A stretch of 64,000 nt of DNA from Haliotis rufescens (Eukaryota), in the NCBI RefSeq assembly GCF_023055435.1, contig NW_025963779.1:70246001-70310000 (forward strand), given 5' to 3'. The position numbers and the translations under genes were made by a program. The notes under the pieces were generated by a model, which was not told the DNA's origin, ran no database searches, and saw only the letters and a program-made list of their open reading frames with translations. Numbering within the stretch: position 1 is the stretch's first letter; every line of letters begins with the position of its first letter. Below are positions 62,101 to 64,000 of this stretch, piece by piece.

Positions 62101-63247
62101 TCGCCTCTATACATGATGCGTAGAGAGTTCAATCAGTTGATACGCCTCTATACATGATGCGTAGACAGTTCAATCAATTGATACACCCCTATATATGATG
62201 CATCGACAGTTCAATTAATCGATACACCTCTATATATGATGCATTGGCAGTTCAATCAATTGATACACCTCTATATTTAATGCATTGACAGTTCAATCAA
62301 TTGATACACCTCTATATTTAATGCATTGACATTTCAATCAGTTGATACACTGTACATACTTTCAAAGGAATCGATAAATTTGATGATGCATTTGCCAAAT
62401 CTAAACAAACAAAATGACTCACCTGCAATTCTCTCAGAATTGTGGATATGTTTGTCTCAGTTGCCAAACTGGTCAAAATCTCCAACTGGTTAAAACAAAA
62501 AACAAATCTTAGTGAACAGGATGAATTAACAAAAAAGGCTGTCCATAAGCCAGCATTATACAATCTATTTTAGTGCAATCAACATTATTCTGGAATGGTC
62601 GTCACAGTCCTAAACATTTACGACCCCATGGGGATTCTGGGTAAGAATATACAGTAGGTCACCAGCAACCCATGTTGTCAGGCTCTTGGTTGAAAGTCTG
62701 TCATCATACTCCGAGAGGGTCGATCATTGCTCACAATATCAATCACTGGATGGTCTGGTCCAGACTCAATTAGTTACAGGCTGCGGTCACATAACTGGAA
62801 CACAACTTACAAACCGGAACAATTGTGCACAGATCAGCAGTCACTGATGAAGCCATGGAGTTATCTATTCTAATAAGGAGCATGTATGACTCGGTCATGT
62901 AAAGTGCCGCAGTTTGCTGTGAAGAGTTATGTCTTATAGGCATACCAGGATCCTATGGTCTTGGGTTCTTATCCCAGATGCACCCTTTTATATGCATTGG
63001 TTTGTCAGCACTATGCCCATGATTCACCAAAGACCTACATCACTTCAAGATTTCCTCCCGCTTTCAACGATCAAGGTGTGTCATAACTAAAATACTCTTT
63101 AAATGGGTGTCAAACCAAACCAAACTCACTCACTCACTCACTGCATTAATTTCCTGAATTTTTACTGTTCCTTACCTTTAGAAGTTTGACGTGAAGAGGG
63201 TCACTGGATCGCACATAGAAGCTCTTGAGGTAAGGTTCAAACATTCC
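37874..63247 (-). CDS. AP3B1: AP-3 complex subunit beta (beta-3 adaptin), last 14 coding exons; 5' end outside the window
   Basis: Exons 63176-63247, 62423-62485, 59674-59806, 59404-59456, 51016-51183, 48930-49182, 47932-48147, 46226-46467, 44699-44783, 41975-42096, 40697-40882, 40032-40074, 39232-39414, 37874-38163; GT-AG, phase-consistent, 2109 nt. Peptides [36 protein letters not shown], acidic hinge, clathrin box LLDLD, ear [12 protein letters not shown]. Probably co-orthologous to AP3B1/AP3B2. Confidence 0.96.
39232..39414 (-). CDS. AP3B1: AP3B exon
   Basis: [17 protein letters not shown]...APVGELVQP. Confidence 0.9.
40032..40074 (-). CDS. AP3B1: AP3B exon
   Basis: [14 protein letters not shown]. 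Confidence 0.88.
40697..40882 (-). CDS. AP3B1: AP3B exon (ear)
   Basis: [17 protein letters not shown]...[11 protein letters not shown]...GDK. Confidence 0.9.
41093..41384. mobile_element. TAGGG-ended (hAT-like) MITE
   Basis: Left TAGGGCTGGGAC, right CCCCAGCC-TA; internal GATACGTATC repeats; a matching right end GTCCCAGCCCTA at ~32998-33009. Confidence 0.55.
41975..42096 (-). CDS. AP3B1: AP3B exon
   Basis: [30 protein letters not shown]... Confidence 0.82.
42538..44672 (+). repeat. Complex low-complexity satellite (~18-20-bp CTGTGAGCTGCTGTGTTA motif)
   Basis: 2.1 kb of mosaic 18/20/10-mer variants. Confidence 0.95.
44699..44783 (-). CDS. AP3B1: AP3B exon (clathrin box)
   Basis: ETKPEKSK...GDLLLDLDD. 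Confidence 0.88.
45006..45210 (-). mobile_element. SINE family B with expanded (ACTC)n tail
   Basis: Homology to 53980-54142; partial copies at ~45675-45775 and 50158-50288. Confidence 0.85.
46226..46467 (-). CDS. AP3B1: AP3B exon (Ser/Glu/Asp-rich hinge)
   Basis: [14 protein letters not shown]...KKKPVKK; donor GTTAGT gives the correct phase. Confidence 0.85.
46863..47140 (-). mobile_element. SINE family C, full length
   Basis: Near-identical to 11322-11604; flanks GGAATAACAT on both sides are a likely TSD. Confidence 0.85.
47932..48147 (-). CDS. AP3B1: AP3B exon
   Basis: [15 protein letters not shown]...[15 protein letters not shown]...[10 protein letters not shown]. Confidence 0.9.
48160..48223. 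repeat. (GAGT)n/(GA)n microsatellite
   Basis: Directly visible. Confidence 0.95.
48522..48766 (-). mobile_element. SINE-like family A, full length
   Basis: Begins ACCCGTGAAGATC..GGTAGAAT.GGTCTTCAGCAACCCATGCTTGTCGTAAGAGGCGACTAAC. Confidence 0.85.
48930..49182 (-). CDS. AP3B1: AP3B exon
   Basis: [11 protein letters not shown]...[11 protein letters not shown]...[11 protein letters not shown]. Confidence 0.92.
49547..49725. mobile_element. pogo/Tigger-type MITE, TA TSD
   Basis: TA|CAGTAAACTACGTT...AACGTAGTTTACTG|TA. Confidence 0.88.
51016..51183 (-). CDS. AP3B1: AP3B exon
   Basis: PSEHKDII...[34 protein letters not shown]. Confidence 0.92.
52090..53110 (+). mobile_element. Penelope-like element 3' pseudo-LTR remnant carrying the amplified hammerhead
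   Basis: HHR followed by AATAAA and a tail also found at 63570-63777; short upstream peptide [12 protein letters not shown] resembles the TLxPxGLN end of PLE GIY-YIG ORFs (weak). Confidence 0.6.
52121..53025 (+). ncRNA. Tandem array of 20 minimal hammerhead ribozyme motifs (Penelope-like-element type), ~46-nt unit
   Basis: Unit TTCAC-CTGATGA-A-GGAGTA-AGCATA-TACTCC-GAAACGTT-GTG-TTCA: core CUGAUGA and GAAA, 6-bp stem II, palindromic ACGT stem III, GUU cleavage triplet, CAC/GTG stem I. Confidence 0.85.
53298..53474. mobile_element. Second copy of the pogo/Tigger-type MITE
   Basis: TA|CAGTAAACTACGG...ACGTAGTTTACTG|TA; internal homology to 49547-49725. Confidence 0.88.
53980..54142 (-). mobile_element. 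SINE family B, young full-length copy
   Basis: Head GGGTAGCCTAGTGGTTAAAGCGTTCGCTCGTCACGCCGAAGACCCGGGTTCGATTCCC (tRNA-Asp-like); flanks CCCCCATGGATGA/CCCCCATTGGATGA are TSD-like. Confidence 0.88.
54861..55079. other. Assembly gap
   Basis: Run of N. Confidence 1.
57105..57390 (+). repeat. 18-22-bp minisatellite
   Basis: Unit GATGGTGTACTGTGCTGT. Confidence 0.93.
57388..59356 (+). repeat. 40/48-bp minisatellite (~46 copies)
   Basis: Unit GACAGTGACACTGTGAGAGAGTGTCCTGTAAGATGTGGCT with optional CTGTGAGA insert. Confidence 0.96.
59404..59456 (-). CDS. AP3B1: AP3B exon
   Basis: [18 protein letters not shown]. Confidence 0.92.
59674..59806 (-). CDS. AP3B1: AP3B exon
   Basis: [22 protein letters not shown]...MSNRD. 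Confidence 0.92.
60181..60292. repeat. Inverted repeat inside an unclassified element
   Basis: TGTGTCATACTGATTTTACGAAA...TTTCGTAAAATCAGCATGACACA. Confidence 0.6.
60597..62350 (+). repeat. 41-bp minisatellite (~43 copies)
   Basis: Unit GATGCATTGACAGTTCAATCAATTGATACACCCCTATATAT. Confidence 0.96.
62423..62485 (-). CDS. AP3B1: AP3B exon
   Basis: [21 protein letters not shown]. Confidence 0.92.
63176..63247 (-). CDS. AP3B1: AP3B exon
   Basis: [24 protein letters not shown]. Confidence 0.92.
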
Positions 63248-63569
63248 CTGGTGATATCAATAGTAAAATATATAACCCCAGTACACAATGTAATGATATG
63301 CTTAATAAACAGCCAGGCAAAAGGAAGCATACACTTGAGAATTGGATTGACCCCAAAATTACAAAAGTTATCAAAATGTTACAAGGCTGAAAACAATCGC
63401 TGAAACACTGGAAACCATAAGATCCAAAAATAACTTTGATGCCCACATCAATACATCACTGTTGAATAACCATTTCTTGTTGGTTTCATTTTTACCCGCC
63501 ACTAAACATGGGTCTATAGTTTCTTTTTCCGAGCAGTTTATATTAACCAATATTCAAAGATCAATCTTT

Positions 63570-63777
63570 CAAGTCTATAAAAGCCATTAGAAGTTATACA
63601 CAAAAGGAAGAGAATTTATGGATGTCAACTTCTTTATTATGAGGAACACAACATTTCGGCGTATCTACTTACTCCTTCATCAGGAACAGATAATTCACCT
63701 GATGAAGGAGTAAGTAGATACTCAGAAATATTGTGTTTCACATAATAAAGAAGTAGCCATCCATAAATTCTCTTCCT
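63570..63777. mobile_element. Head-to-head inverted pair of Penelope-like pLTR/hammerhead motifs
   Basis: Arms 63605-63684 and 63698-63777 with a 13-nt spacer; each has CTGATGAAGGAGTAAGTAGATAC...GAAA..TTGTG then ATAATAAAGAAG...ATCCATAAATTCTCTTCCT, same tail as 53026-53064. Confidence 0.8.
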
Positions 63778-64000
63778 CATCAATCTTTTAGTTGTGTCTA
63801 TCAGAAAGATGATAGTAATGTTAAACAGAACTTATTTATTGAATATCACTCGTGATACAACAATTTAAGGTACAGCAATTGTGGACAAGCATATTCCTTG
63901 GCCAGATCAGGATCCGCAACAATAGTCCTTGCCAAACTGCGCAATAGCTAAGATATCATAAGGACTAGTACAAAATTTGCCCTTTTTAAGGGTTTTGCTA

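Overview
Eukaryotic, intron-rich invertebrate genomic DNA with two N gaps (19796-20024, 54861-55079). The SINE complement looks molluscan, possibly an abalone-like gastropod (inference). Three protein-coding genes can be reconstructed: (1) a complete 9-exon mitochondrial-clan cytochrome P450 (+, 599-6757, 506 aa), with a decayed duplicate of its first exon at ~10.0-10.6 kb; (2) an atypical class A GPCR with an intronless CDS (+, 27993-28892); (3) the last 14 coding exons of AP-3 complex subunit beta (-, 63247 to 37874; 5' part lies beyond the window). The rest is four SINE-like families, several MITEs, a decayed TIR-intact ~DD82E (Sailor-like) Tc1/mariner-superfamily transposon and many minisatellites. 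The most striking element is a 20-copy tandem array of ~46-nt minimal hammerhead ribozyme motifs of Penelope-like-element type (52121-53025). Neighbouring units can complement each other to form complete hammerheads, and a head-to-head inverted pair of the same motif lies at 63.6-63.8 kb. Also notable are three 35-46 bp palindromes with 7-bp target duplications that look like P-superfamily excision footprints. No rRNA, true tRNA or CRISPR array was found. All calls come from reading the sequence; no searches were run.
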